Source: Mobula hypostoma (lineage: Eukaryota). Taken from it: a stretch of 64,000 nucleotides of DNA. This document shows, piece by piece, positions 12,181 through 25,754 of the stretch. The DNA lies in contig NC_086097.1 of NCBI RefSeq assembly GCF_963921235.1, positions 205,470,001-205,534,000 on the forward strand, read 5' to 3'. Made by a program: the position numbers and the translations under genes. Each line of letters begins with the position of its first letter. The first letter of the stretch is position 1. The notes under the pieces were generated by a model that saw only the letters and a program-made list of their open reading frames with translations, was not told where the DNA came from and did not search any database.

Positions 12181-13154
12181 TTATGTGCCTTGTCAACATT
12201 ACAAATGTGTTTGAAAGCTGTGAAATGAAATATCTAACTGCAAATCTTTACAGGTTCCTACTACACAAAGGTAGGTGACCTTTTTGAGCTGTTTGAATGA
12301 AGCTGTTGAAGGGTCTTATTCTGTGCTATGTCGCATTGGTCAGTGTTTCAGAACCAAAGACTATTGTTTCTCTTTCACTGAGATTTTGAAGAATTAACTG
12401 AATCCTACCATGAGTTGGCAGTAAACCAAAGAATATTTTGCACGATGCTGTGGCTCACTTTTCTTCTCTCGAACAGAAGTCAACTTCATCTATCACAGAG
12501 CCTTCCCCAACATCTGCATGACTTGTAACACCTGACCTTTTACCTTGCCATTATTCAGAAAACCAAGTATTCCTTCTAAATGAGGCAATAATTTACTTAC
12601 ACTTGTTCCTAATTTACTGGTTTGCATTTGATGCTCACAATGTCATTTCCCCTACATCTGAGAAACAAACATACTTCAGGTTATTGGAATACCCACATTC
12701 CAACCTTGTGGTTGACAGCGAGCAATCAGTTGGCTGAAATAAAAATTCTATTTATCTCTCCAAAAGTGCTGCCCAACTTGTTGAGTATTTCCATCATTTT
12801 GTTTTCTTTTTATTTCAGATTTTCAGCACCTCCATTATTTTTATTTTGTATTACAGCCTGAAATGAATGTTTCTGCCATCACAAGCATTTATAAGCATTC
12901 AAAAACATTAGATATATTATATAAGGAGAAATTAAAAAAACAAAACAGACTACACTAAAAAGTATTTAAATATTTTTAATTTAGCTTAATTCAGTTAACA
13001 AATATAAGATACTTGAAATATACTGCTATTAATAAACATGAAATTTCTAGTCCCAAAAAAATTGAAATAGAATTGGAAAATGTTAGGGATCTGCAGTGGG
13101 TCAGAGTGCAGCTATTGAGAAAGCAATATTTCGTGTTGATGAGACCTGAATCAG

Positions 13155-16100
13155 ACCATAAGATATACAAGCAGAATTAGACTATTAGGCCCATCGAGCC
13201 TGCTCTGCCATTTCATCATGGCTCATCTATTTTCCTCTCAACCCCATTTTCTTGCATTTTCCTCATAACATTTCACACCCTGACTAATCAAGAACCTTTC
13301 AACCTTGCCTTAAGTATACCTAATGACCTGGCCTATGCAGCCGCCTGTGGCAATAAGTTCCACAGAATCACCACCTTCTGGCTAAAGGAATTCCTTCTCA
13401 TCTCCATTATAATTGGAGGTCCTTCTATTCAGAGGCTGTGCCCTCTGGTCCTGGACTCTGCCACTGTAAGAAAATGTCTTCTCCACTTCCACCCTATCTT
13501 CGTATTATCTGCAAACTTGGCCACAAAGCCATTAATTCCATCATCCAAATCATTGAAATACAACGTAAAAAGTGGCGGTCCCAGCATCAACCTCCGCAGA
13601 ACATCACTAGTCACCAGCAGCCAATCAGAAAATGGTCCTCTTATTCCCACTCTTTGCCTCCTGTCAATCAGCCAATGCCCTATCCATGCTATCCTCTTTC
13701 TTGGAATACAATAGGCTCTTATCTTGGTAAGTAGCCTCATGTGTGGCATCTTGTCAAAGGTTTCTGAAATTCCAAGTAATCAACATTCACCAATTCTCCT
13801 CTGTCTATCCTGTTTGTCAGAGTGAATAAACCTTCCTGACTTTGACCCATTTTATCGTGTGCCTCCAAGTACCCCAAAACTTCATGCTTAACAATCAAAT
13901 CCATCATCTTCCCAACCACTGATGCCAGGCTAACGGGCCTATAATTTCCTTTGTCTGCCTCCCTCCCTTCTTGAAAAATGGAGTGACACTTGCAATTTTC
14001 TGGTCCTCTGCAACCATGCCAGAATGTAGGTGGCTTCTGAAAGATTATTAGTAATGGCTTCACAATACCTTCAGCTACCTCTTTGAGAACCATGTGGTGT
14101 AATCAATCTGGTCCAGTGACTTATCTACCTTCAGCTTCTCAAAGCATTTTCTCCCTAGTAAGAACTTCTTTATTCACTTCTGCCCCCTGATACTCTCAAT
14201 ACTCTCAAACATCTGGCATACTGCAATTGCTTTCCACAGTGAAGACTCCATTTCCTTGACCTCCATTGCTACCTCTCCAGTATCATTTTCCAGAGGTCCG
14301 ATATCTACTCTTACTTCTTTTTTACTCTTTATATATCTGAAAAAACACTTGGTATACCCTTCGATATTATTGGCTAACTTCACTTCATATTTCATCTTTT
14401 CCCTCATTATGGCTTTTTTTAGTTGACTTCTGTCGGTATTTAAAATCTTCACAATCCTCTAAATTCCCACTAATTTTTGCTCTATTATATGCCCTCTCTT
14501 TTTGGCTTTTATGTTGAATGTAACCGGGTGACCATTGGATCTTGTTCAGTATCGTTAAAAGTGTACTTAGACATCCATCTGGGTAATGCTAGAATAGTTG
14601 TCTGTGCCTTTAAGGGAGACGGTGATGTTTAATTGACGATATCCATGTGAATTCGTTTATGCTTGTTGGCAGATCAAGAATATCGGTAATTTGACATGTT
14701 TTACATGTGGATGCTTTTGATTTTCTGAAGTAAGTGACTCAACGCTGGATTGTGTGATTTGGGCAGAGTTCCTCACCAGCCAAGTAGGTCAGTCTTCCTG
14801 TAATTTATCTACCAGACAATACTTTGTAAAGGTTGTGCTAAAGTGTACCTTCTGTCTAACTTTACTGTATCAGGACTGATCGTGCATGTAACCACGTAGC
14901 ATGAATGTTTAGTCTCTTTGGAAGATCAGCACGTGTGTACGTCTTAGATGAGATGTATTCGCTTACATTTTTCGCTGTTATGTATAAGATGCAGGGTGGG
15001 TGGGATTCTAATGTTGTTTGTATTGTGTTCCTTCAGGATTGCCACTACTGTATTTGTACTGTTTTTGTTCCGTATTTGTACTGTATTTGCTCCGTATTTG
15101 TACTGCATTTGTACCATATTTGCCCTGTATTAGTTCTACTATTTTTTATACTGCATACGCAATTCTGTCCATACACAAAGGTGTGAATTGGAAGTTAAAC
15201 TGAGATTGTAACGGCTTCTGGCACTTAAACATCGAAAACTGATAAAGGAGTTAAAACCTGAAAAAGTCTTTGTTGTCCTGAGCATGTACTTTTTCCCCAG
15301 GCTACATTGGCTTTGACTTTCCTTGTCAACTAAAGTTGCTGCATGCCTTTAGAATACTTTATGTCCTTTGGGATGTATCTATCTTGTGCCTTCTGAATTG
15401 CTCCCAGAAATACCAGCCATTGCTGCTCTGCCATCATCAATGCTAGTGTTTTCTTCCAATCAGCACCTTCTGGTGTCTATGTAATTGCCTTTTTCTGCAC
15501 TGTACTACTGATCCATCTGATTTTAGCTTCTCCCTCTCAAAATACAGAGTGAATTCTATCATATTATGATCACTGCCTCCTGTGGGTTCCATTACCTTAA
15601 CCTCCCTGATCAAATCCAGTTCATTACACAACAACCAATCCAGAAAAAAATGGATCCTCTACTTGGCTGAACAAGCTGCACTAAAATGCCATTTGTAGGC
15701 ATTCTACAAATGATCTCTTCTGTGATCCAGCATCATTCTACTTTTTCCAATCTACCTGCATATTGAAATCCCCCATGACTATTTTAACATTGCCCATTTG
15801 ACATACCTTTTCTACCTCAGATTGTAATTTGTAGTCCACATCCTGGCAACTGTTTGGAGGCTTGTATATAACTCTTACCAGGATTTTTTTAACTTTGCAG
15901 TTTAAAGGATTTAAACCTTCCTTTGTCACCTAGTCGCTTACCTCTAAGGATTTGATTTCATTTTTACCATCAAAACTCTGCCATCCATTCTGCCTACCTG
16001 CCTATCCTTTCCACGCAATGTGTATTCCAGATGTTAATCTCCCGACTATAACCTTCTTTCAGCCACAACTCAGTGATGCACACAACATCCTACCTAATCT

Positions 16101-16850
16101 CTAACTGCACTACAAGATCATCTAATTTATTTTGTATACTGACTGCATTAAAATATAATACCCTTAGTCCAGTATTCATCGCCCTTTTTGATTTTGTCTC
16201 CCTGTTACACTGCTACTCCCATTGCCGGCATTTTTGCTCCATCACCTGCCTGTCCTTCCTGATACTCTCACTACACACTGCCTTTGCTCATATAACAACT
16301 GTCCCATCCTCAGCCCTATAACTCTGACTCCCAACCCCCTGCCAAATATGTTTAAACCCACACAACAGTTCTATCATACACGTCCACAAGGATATTGGTC
16401 CCCTTGAGTTCAGGTGTAACCTGTCCCCTTTGTACTGGTCATACCTTCCCAGAAGAGATTCCCAATGATCCAGAAATCTGAAGCTCTCCCCTCCCCCCCC
16501 CCACATCAGCCACATTTTCATCTGCTAAATCATTCTATTCTTACCCTCACTAGCACATGGCACAGAGAGCAATCTAAATATTACAACCCTGGAGATTTCT
16601 GATTTTCAGTTTTCTACCTAGTTCTCTCTTCAGGACCTCCTCAATTCTCCTACCTATGTCATTGGTGCTATTATGTACCAAAATTTCTGGCTCCTCACCC
16701 TTCTCCCCCTTAGTGGACTTGATCGGAGATGTCCTTGATTCTGGCAACTGGGAGGCAATATACTTTCCTGGCGTCTCCATCATGTCCATAGAATCTCGTG
16801 TCTAACAGTAGAATTCCCAATCACTACTATCATCTGCCCCCTTCCTGTCT
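13155..16850 (-). mobile_element. Near full-length degraded CR1 LINE (ORF1 SGNH-esterase remnant plus ORF2)
   Basis: FLDHW..LLGRYD..KGDRLHLN (ORF1), GDFN and SDH (EN), KGNYRPVSL and KFADN (RT); 3' tail at ~13155. Confidence 0.9.
14519..15306. mobile_element. Probable solo LTR nested in the CR1
   Basis: TGTAACCGGG...CCAGGCTACA imperfect terminal inverted repeat; CR1 sequence resumes across it; TSD degenerate (TTGAA/TTGGC); internal tgtatttgtac repeats at ~15048-15130. Confidence 0.6.
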
Positions 16851-17501
16851 GAGCCAGAGTGCCAGAGACCTGATCATTCATCCAACATTTATCTTCTCCT
16901 TCACCACCTTGGACTTCCACTAAAATGAACAGAAAGCCTGAATCTGAGCCTCTTACAACCAGGTGCGGAGCAAGTGGGCAGATTTCTTGGTGTGATTACA
17001 GGAAATTGTTGCTACACTGTTGAAGCAGTCCAACCTTTGACTGCAGTTAGAATGATTGTGATTAGTCCTCTTCCAGAAGTTCAAGAGTTTTGTGTTCACA
17101 CTACATCTTGAATATGGAGTGGATAGATCTGTGCCAATGCTCCAATGATCCATTTCCAAAGAAATGTGACCAAAGTCAATATTAATTGTTTCTCTCTCTA
17201 AAGCCATTTCCTGACCTGTTGAGATTCTCCAATGTGCTCTATTTATATTTTTTAAAAGTTAGTCACTATTAGGACCAGTGAAGAGAGTAAAATAAAGCAA
17301 CTGGATAGATCTTGTGTTTATAACAGTTCTTAATCCATGGAATTCCATGGCATATCCTGTATGATTGACAAGTGCCAATTGTTCCATTGTACTCCTGACT
17401 TGAGCCCAACAGATATTAAAGTGACTTTGAACAACCAAGATTTAAACTACTCAGTTTAAAATAAATCTATCTTTTCAATCAGACTGTGTACAATTTTGTA
17501 T

Positions 17502-19560
17502 CACTCACAACACGCTGGGGGAGCTCAGCAGGTCGGGCAGCATCCATGGAAACGATCAGTCAACGTATCGGGCTGGAACCCTTTGTCAGGACTGTAGGGG
17601 GAAGGGGCAGAGGCCCTATAAAGAATGTGGGGAGAGGGTGGGAAGGAGAAGGCTGGTAGGTTCCAGGTGAAAAACCAGTAAGGGGAAAGATAAAGAGGTG
17701 GGGGAGGGGAAGCAGGGAGATGATAGGCAGGAAAGATGAAGAAGGAATAGGGGAAAACACAATGGGTAGTAGAAGGAAGTGGAACCAAGAGGGAGGTGAT
17801 AGGCAGCTGGGGGAGGGGGCAGAGTGAAATAGAGATAGGGGAAGGGAGGGGGAGGGAATTACCGGAAGTTGGAGAATTCTATGTTCATACCAATGGGCTG
17901 GAGACTACCTAGACGGTGTATGAGGTGTTGCTCCTCCAACCTGAGTTTAGCTTCATCATGGCAGTAGAGGAGGCCATGTATGGACATATCCAAATGGGAA
18001 TGTGAAGCAGAATTGAAGTGGGTGGCTACCAGGAGATCCCGTCTGTTGCGGCGGACGGAGCAGGGGTGTTTGACGAAGCAGTCCCCCAATCTGCGTCAGG
18101 TTTCACCGATGTAGAGGAGGCCACACCGGGAGCACTGGATGCAATAGATGACCCCAACAGACTCACAAGTGAAGTGTTGCCTCACCTGGAAGGACTGTTT
18201 GGGGCCCTGAATGGTGGCAAGAGAGGAGGTGTAGGGACAGGTGTAGCACTTACGCTTACAGGGATAAGTGCCGGGAGCGGGGAGATCCGTGGGGAGGGAC
18301 GTGTGGATCGGGGAGTCACGGAGGGACCAATTCCTGCGGAAAGCAGAGAGGGGTGGAGAGGGAAAGATGTTCTTAGTGGTGGGGTCCTGTTGAAGGTGGC
18401 GGAAGTTGCGGAGGATAATGTGCTGGATCTGGAGGCTGGTGGGGTGGTAGGTGAGGACAAGTGGAACTTTGTCCCTGTTGTGGTGGTGGGAGGATGGGGT
18501 GAGGGCCAAAGTCCGGGAAATGGAGGAGATGTGGGTGAGGGCATCATTGATGATGGCAGAAGAGAAACCACTATCCTTAAAGAAAGAGGACATTTGAGAT
18601 GTCCTGGAACGGAAAGCCTCATCCTGGGAGCAGATGCGACAGAGACGGAGCAACTGGGAATAGGGAATGGCATTTCTGCATGTGGCGGGGTGGGAAGAGG
18701 TATAGTCGAGGTAGTTATGAGAGTCAGTGGGCTTGTAGAAGATGTCAGTGGACAGTCTGTCTCCAGAGATGAAGACCGAGAGATCGAGAAAGGGGAGAGA
18801 AGTGTCCGAGGTAGACCAAGTGGAATTTGAGGGCTGGGTGGAAATTTGAAGTAAAGTCGATGAAATTGACGAGCTCAGCATGGGTGCAGGAAGCAGCACC
18901 AATGTAGTTGTCAATGTAGCGAAGGAAAAGTTGGAGAGAAGTACCAGAACAGGTTTGGAGCACAGACTGTTCCACATAACCAAAGAAGAGGCAGGCATAG
19001 CTGGGGCCCATGCGAGTTCCCATAGCTACACCCTTAGTCTGAAGAAAGTGGGAAAAGCCAAAAGAGAAGTTATTAAGTATGAGCACCAGTTCCACCAACC
19101 GGAGGAGGGTAGTGGTGATGGGGAACTGGTGAGGTCTATTGTCCAGAAAGTAGTGGAGGGCTTTGAGGCCTTCTTGATGGGGAATGGAGGTATATAAGGA
19201 TTGGACATCCATAATGAAAATGAAGTGGTCCGGACCGGGGAACTGGAAGTTATTGAAGAGGTGGAGGGCATGGGATGTATCCAAGATGTAGGTGTGGAGG
19301 GACTGAGCTATGGGTGACAAAATGGAGTCCAGGTAGGCAGATACAAGTTCGGTGGGACAGGAGCAGGCAGAAACTACGGGTCTACCGGGATAATCAGGCT
19401 TGTGGATCTTGAGGAGGAGGTAAAACTGAGCGGTACGGGATGTGGGAATTATGCGTTTAGCGGCTGAGGATGGAAGGTCTCCGGAGTTGATAAGGGCCCG
19501 CTGAGTTCCTCCAGCATGTTGTGAGTGTTGCTTTGACTCCAGCATCTGCAGAGTATTTTG
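17502..19560 (-). mobile_element. Penelope-like element (RT plus GIY-YIG endonuclease, frameshifted) with an inverted pLTR piece at its 5' end
   Basis: GVAMGTRMGPSYA and LRYIDN (RT); GVIYCIQCSRCGLLYIGET (GIY-YIG); 17-bp direct repeat TGTGTACAATTTTGTAT at 17485-17501 and 19561-19577. Confidence 0.95.
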
Positions 19561-19825
19561 TGTGTACAATTTTGTATGTTCTATCATAGAAATGGTTCAA
19601 ATCATGCTAGCTTATTTGGTGTACTGGAGGGTAGTGCTAGCATTCAGCCGCTCCTACGCTAAGGCTAGAGAATCTGTATGTCCATTCTACCACATAGAGT
19701 CCAACAGCAGAGTTATGTCTTGATGCCTTATTCTGATCATTTTTTTCTCCAATTGTTTCATTTCAAAACTGTTTCGTGGCCTGGAGAATGTGGAAGACAT
19801 TTGTATTTGTCAATTGCAATATTTA

Positions 19826-20052
19826 AGACCATAAGACATTGGAGCGGAATTAAACCATTTGGCCCATCAAGTCTGCAGTAATTACATAAAGGCTGATATA
19901 TTATCCCTCTCTTCCCCATTCTCCTGTCTTCTCCATGTAACTTTTGACATCCTGACAAATCAAGAACATATCAACCTCTGCCTTAAATATTCCCAAAGAT
20001 CTGGCATCCACAGGTATCTGTGGCAATGAATTCCATAGATTCACCACCCTTT
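19826..20052 (-). mobile_element. CR1 3' end fragment
   Basis: Homologous to the CR1 3' end at 13155-13400. Confidence 0.75.
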
Positions 20053-20059
20053 GGGTATG

Positions 20060-21585
20060 TAATACTGTATATTAAAAAAAAAGTGAGGTAGTGTCCAAAA
20101 ATTCAATGTCCATTTAGGAATCCAATGCCAGAGGGGAAGAAGCTGTTCCTGAATCTCTGAGTGTGTGCCTTCAGGCTTCTGTACCTCCTACCTGATGGTA
20201 ACAGTGAGAAAAGGACATGCCCTGGGTGCTGGAGGCCCTTAATAATGGACACTGCCTTTCTGAGACACCGCTCCCTGAAGATGTCCTGGTACTTTGTAGG
20301 CTAGTGCCCAAGATGGAGCTGACTAGATTTACAACCTTCTGCAGCTTCTTTTGGTCCTGTGCAGTAGCCCCTCCATGACAGACACTGATGCAGCCTGTCA
20401 GAATGCTCTCCACGGTACAACTATAGAAGTTTTTGAGTGTATTTGTCAACATGCCAAATCTCTTCAAACTCCTAATAAAGTATAGCCACTATCTTGCCTT
20501 CTTTATAACTACATCGATATACTGGGACCAGGTTAGATCCTCAGAGATCTTGACACCCAGGAACTTCAGACTGCTCACTCTCTCCACTTCTGATCCCTCT
20601 ATGAGGATTGGTATGTGTTCCTTCATCTTACCCTTCCTGACATCCACAATCAGCTCTTTCGTCTTACTGACATTGAGTGCCAGGTTGTTGCGGTGGCACC
20701 ACTCCATTAGTTGGCATATCTCACTCCTGTACGCCCTCTCGTCACAACCTGAGATTCTACCAACAATGGTTGTATCATCAGCAAATTTACAGATGGTATT
20801 TCAGCTATGCCTAGCCACACAGTCATGTGTATATAGAGAGTAGAGCAGTGGGCTAAGCACACACCTCTGAGCTGCACCAGTGTTGATTGTCAGTGAGGAG
20901 GAGATGTTATCGCCAATCCGCATAGACTGTGGTCTTCCGATTAGGAAGTCGAGGGTCCAATTGCAGAGGGAGGTACAGAGGCCCAGGTTCTGCAACTTCT
21001 CAATCAGGATCGTGGGAATGTTAGTATTAAATGCTGAGCTATAGTTGATGAACAGCATCCTGACGTAGGTGTTTGTGTTGTCCAGGTGGTCAGAAGCTGT
21101 GTGAAGAGCCATTGAGATTGCATCTGCCATTGACCTATTGTGGCGATAGACAAATTGCAATGGATCCAAGTCCTTGCTGAGACAGGAATTCAGTCTAGTC
21201 ATGACCAACCTCTCAAATCATTTCATTGCTGTCGATGTGAGAGCTACCGGGTGATGGTCATTAAGGCAGCTCACATTATTCTTCTTAGGCACTGGTATAA
21301 TTGTAGCCTTTTTGAAGCAAGTGGAAACTTCCGCCCATAGCAGTGAGAGGTTGAAAATGTCCATGAATACTCCGGTCAGTTGGTTGGCACAGTTACTCTA
21401 TCGGGACCTTCTGCCTTGAAGACAGTCTAACATCGGCCTCTGAGACAGAGATCACAGGGTCATCAGGTGCAGCAGGGATCTTCACAGCTGTAGTTGTGTT
21501 CTCCCTTTCAAAGCGTGCATAGAAGGCGTTGAGTTCATCTGGGAGTGAAGCATCACTGCCATTCATGTGATTGGCTTTCGCTCCA
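20060..21585 (-). mobile_element. Rex1/Babar-like LINE, 5'-truncated
   Basis: [41 protein letters not shown] and FLGVKISEDLTWS motifs; same family as 37521-39785. Confidence 0.9.
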
Positions 21586-23911
21586 CATCCACTTATCTAG
21601 GCCTTTCAATACTTGATAGGTTTCCATAAGAGGCCGCCATAAACTGCACTGACTGCAGGTCCAGAGCCATCAAATGCTCCTCGTGCATTAACATTTTCAT
21701 TCCCGGGATTGTTCTTATGAACCACATCCAGACCATCTCCAATGACTTTCTTAGGTAAGGGGCACAAAGTTGCACACAACACTCCACATGCAGAAGATGT
21801 ATGGATACATGGAGGAGAATGAAGGACTTTGGTCCGGGTGCAGGTTGATAAGGACAAGGCAGATGAACAGGTCAGTAAGGACTAGATGGGCTGACAGGCC
21901 CATTGCTATTCTGCAGCACTCTATGATTTTAAATCTAAGAGAATCTGTAATGTAGTTGCCTCCATCACTGCTCCTGGCAGCATGTTACATGCCCCTACCA
22001 ATCTCTGTCATAAAAAAAATTATGCCCTCTCATATTAGCCATTTCTCCCTGAGGAAAAAGGCACTGGATGTCTACTCTATCAATGCTTCTATCACTTTAT
22101 ACACCTCTCAAGCTTCATTGTTCCAAAGAGAAAAGCTGTAGCTCACTCAGCCTTTCCTTTCCTCATGAAACATACTCTAATCTGGACAGCATTCTGGTAA
22201 GTCTCCTCTGCACCCTTTCTAAAGCTTCCACATCCTTCCTCTACAGAGGAAACCAGAAGTGAACATAAAATTCCAAGAACAGTCTAACCAGAATTTTATA
22301 GAGCTGCAACATTAGTTCTCACCCCCAAGTTACAAGAGGCAGGGATCTGGGTGACTGTTAGGAGAGGGAAGGGGAATACATAGCCGGTGCAGAAAACCCT
22401 ATAGCCACTCCCCTCAATGATAAGAATACTGATTTGGATACTGCTGATGGGGAACGATCTACTGAGGGAAGAATGCAGTCTACTGGGTCTCTGGCACCAA
22501 TTCTGGTGCTGTGGCTCAGAACAGAAGGACGGAGAAGAGTGCAGTAGTGTTAGGGGGATCCCATAATTAGAGGAACAGAAAGGAGATTTTATGGACATGA
22601 AGGAGACACCCGGATGGTATGTTGACTCCCAGGTGCCAAGGTCAGGGGTGTCACAGAATGGGGCCACAGCATGCTAAAGGGAGAGGATATGCAGCCGGAA
22701 GTTGTAGTACTTATTGTTACCAATGCCGTTAGTGGGAAAAGCCAGGAGGTCTTGAAGAGAGAATATAGGAAATTAGACAGAAAACTGAAAATCAGGACCT
22801 CCTGGTTTGCAGCCTGTATCATGCAGCAGTGAAAATAAGACTGTGACGATTTGGCAGATGAATATGTGGCTGAGTAATTGGTACAGGGCACAGGGTTTCA
22901 GATTTCTAGATAATGGGGGAATCTCTTCTGGGGAAGATATGACCTGTACAAAAAAGACGAGTTGCACCTGAACCCGAAGGAAATCAACATCCTTGCAGAC
23001 AGGTTCATTAGAGCTGTTGGGGCGGGTGCAAGCTAATTTGGCAAGGGGATGGGAACGGGAGTGATAGTGCTGACGATTGAGCCGTTGTTATACAAATAGA
23101 TGCACAGTGTAGTGAGAATGTGAGGACAATCAGGCAGAGGATAGGACAAAATTGCAGTCAGAGGGATGAGTTGAAGTGTAACATAAGGGGAAAAATCAAA
23201 AAGGGTGATGAATACAGCACTAAAACTATATTTCAATGCACACAGGATATGGAATAAGGTAGAGGATCATCTATAATGTTAGAGTTTGGCAGTATTTGAG
23301 CATCATTGAGTCATGGTTGAAAGATCATAACTGGAAGCTTATCATCCTAGAATACATACAATATTGAAAGGACAGACAGGTAGGCAGAGGGGATGGGATG
23401 GCTCTGTTGGTAAAATAAAATGCAATCCTGATGTACTGTAGGATCGGAAGATGTAGAGTTAAGGAGCTGTAACATTAAAAAAAATCCTTGATGGAAGTTA
23501 TAAACAGGCCTCCAAACAGTAGTCAGGATTTTGGATATAAATTATAACGGGAGATAGGTAAAGTATGTAAAGAAGGAAATGCTATGATAGTCAATGGGGG
23601 ATTTCAATTGCAAGTAAATTGGGAAAATTGAATTGTTGCTGGATCGCCAGAGAGGCAGTTTGTAGAATACTATGAAATGCCCTTTTAGAGTAACTTGTGG
23701 TTGAGCCCATTAGAGGAATGGCAATTCTGTACCGGGAGCTGCATAATGAAACAGATTTGATTAAGGAAAAGGAACCCTCAGGAGGCAGTATCCATAATAT
23801 GATATATTTTACCCTGCAGTTTAAGGGGGGAAGCTAAAGTTGGATGTATCAGTGTTACAGTACAATGGTATGACAGAGGAAATGGCCAAAGTTGACTGGA
23901 AAGGGACACTG

Positions 23912-25718
23912 TATAACCATATAACCACATAATAATTACAGCATGGAAACAGGCCATCTCAGCCCTTCTAGTCTGTGCTGAACTCTTACTCTCACCTAGT
24001 CCCACCAACCTGCATTCAGCCCATTACCCTCCATTCCTTTCCTGTCCATATAGCTGTCCAGTTTAACTTCAAACGACAAAATCGAACCTGCCTCAACCAC
24101 TTCTGCTGGAAGCTCGTTCCACACAGCTACCACTCTCTGAGTAAAGAAGTTCCCCCTAAACTTTTGCCCTTTAACTCTCAACTCATGTCCTCTTGTTTGA
24201 ATCTCGCCCACTCTCAATGGAAATGGCCTATCCACGTCAACTCTATCTATCCCCCTCATAATTTTAAATACGTCTATCAAGTCCGCCCTCAACTTTCTAT
24301 GCTCCAAAGAATAAAGACCTAACTTGTACAACCTTTCTCTGTACGTTAGGTGATGAAACCCAGGTAACATTCTAGTAAATCTTCTCTGTACTCTCTCTAT
24401 TTTGTTGACATCTTTCCTATAACTCGGTGACCAAAACTGTACACAATACTCCAAATCTGGCCTCACCAATGCTTTGTACGATTTCAACATTACATCCCAA
24501 CTCCTATACTCAATGCTCTGATTTATAAAGGTCAGCATATCAAAAGCTTTCATCACCACCATATCCACTTTCAGGGAAATATGCACCATTATTCCTAGAT
24601 CCCACTGTTCTACTGCATTCTTCAATGCCCTACCATTTACCATGTATGTCCTATTTTGATTAGTCCTACTAAAATGTAGCACCTCATTCCATCTGCTATC
24701 TTTCAGCCCACTCTTCTAACTGGCCTAAATCTCTCTGCCTGCTTTGAAAACCTACTTCATTATCCACAACTCCACTTATCTTAGTATCATCTGCATACTT
24801 ACTCATCCAATTTACCACCCCATCATCCAGATCATTAATGTATATGAAAAACAACACTGGACCCAGTACAGATCCCTGAGGCTCACCACTAGTCACCGGC
24901 CTCCAATATGACAAACAGTTATCCACCACTACTCTCTGGTGTCTCCCATCTAGCCACTGCTGAATCCATTTTACTACTTCAATATTAATACCTAATGATT
25001 GAACCTTCCTAATTAACCTTCCGTGTGGAATCTTGTCAAAGGCCTTACTGAAGTCCATGTAGACAACATCCACCGCTTTACCCTCGTCAACTTTCCTAGT
25101 AACCTCTTGAAAAAATTCAATAAGATTTGTCAAACATGATCTTCCACGCACAAATCCATGTTGACTGATCATAATCAGACCCTGTCTATCCAGTTAATTA
25201 TATATACCATCTCTAAGAATACTTTCCAACAATTTACCCACCACTGATTTCAAACTCACAGAACGATAATTGCTAGGTTTACTCTTAGAACCCTTTTTAA
25301 ACAATGGAACAACATGAGCAATACGCCAATCCTCCAGCACCATCCCCGTTTCTAATGATATTTGAAATATTTCTGTCAGAGCCCACACTAACTTCCCTCA
25401 AGGTCCTAGGGAATATCCTGTCAGGACCCAGAGACTTATCCACTTTTATATTCCTTAAAAGCGTCAGTAGTTTCCATAACTTCCCTACCTGTTTCCCTTA
25501 TCTTACACAATTCAATATCCTTCTCCTTAGTGAATACCGAAGAAAAGAAATTGTTCAGAATCTCCCCCATCTCTTTTGGCTCCACACATAGCTGTCCACT
25601 CTGATTCTCTAAGGGACCAATTTTATCCCTCACTATTCTTTTGCTATTAATATAACTGTAGAAACCCTTGGGATTTATTTTCACCTTACTTGCCAAAGCA
25701 ACCTCATATCTTCCTTTA
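23912..25718 (-). mobile_element. 5'-truncated CR1 LINE inserted antisense into the older CR1
   Basis: QHGFVRGRSCLTNL, YMDFSKAFD, KYADD; (ATGGTTAT)n tail at 23912-23930. Confidence 0.9.
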
Positions 25719-25754
25719 TTGGGAAGGACGACAGAGCAGCAAAGGCTGGAGTTT

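Noticed and set aside
12601..12657. Minus-strand 57-nt exon with good splice sites
   Set aside because: It has stops in all three frames, so it cannot be supported as coding.
16953..17240. Apparent minus-strand exon with a CUB-like peptide
   Set aside because: The acceptor side (~17160-17250) resembles a decayed Penelope pLTR end, and the similarity is not convincing.
18018..18830. 270-aa plus-strand ORF
   Set aside because: It is the antisense shadow of the Penelope coding region.
20060..21585. Segmental duplication with 37690-39200
   Set aside because: Similarity is confined to the Rex element and the flanks differ, so these are independent copies of one subfamily.
25668..25754. N-terminal extension of the 972-aa ORF
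   Set aside because: It starts at TTG inside the antisense CR1 and crosses a TE junction, so it is chance read-through.
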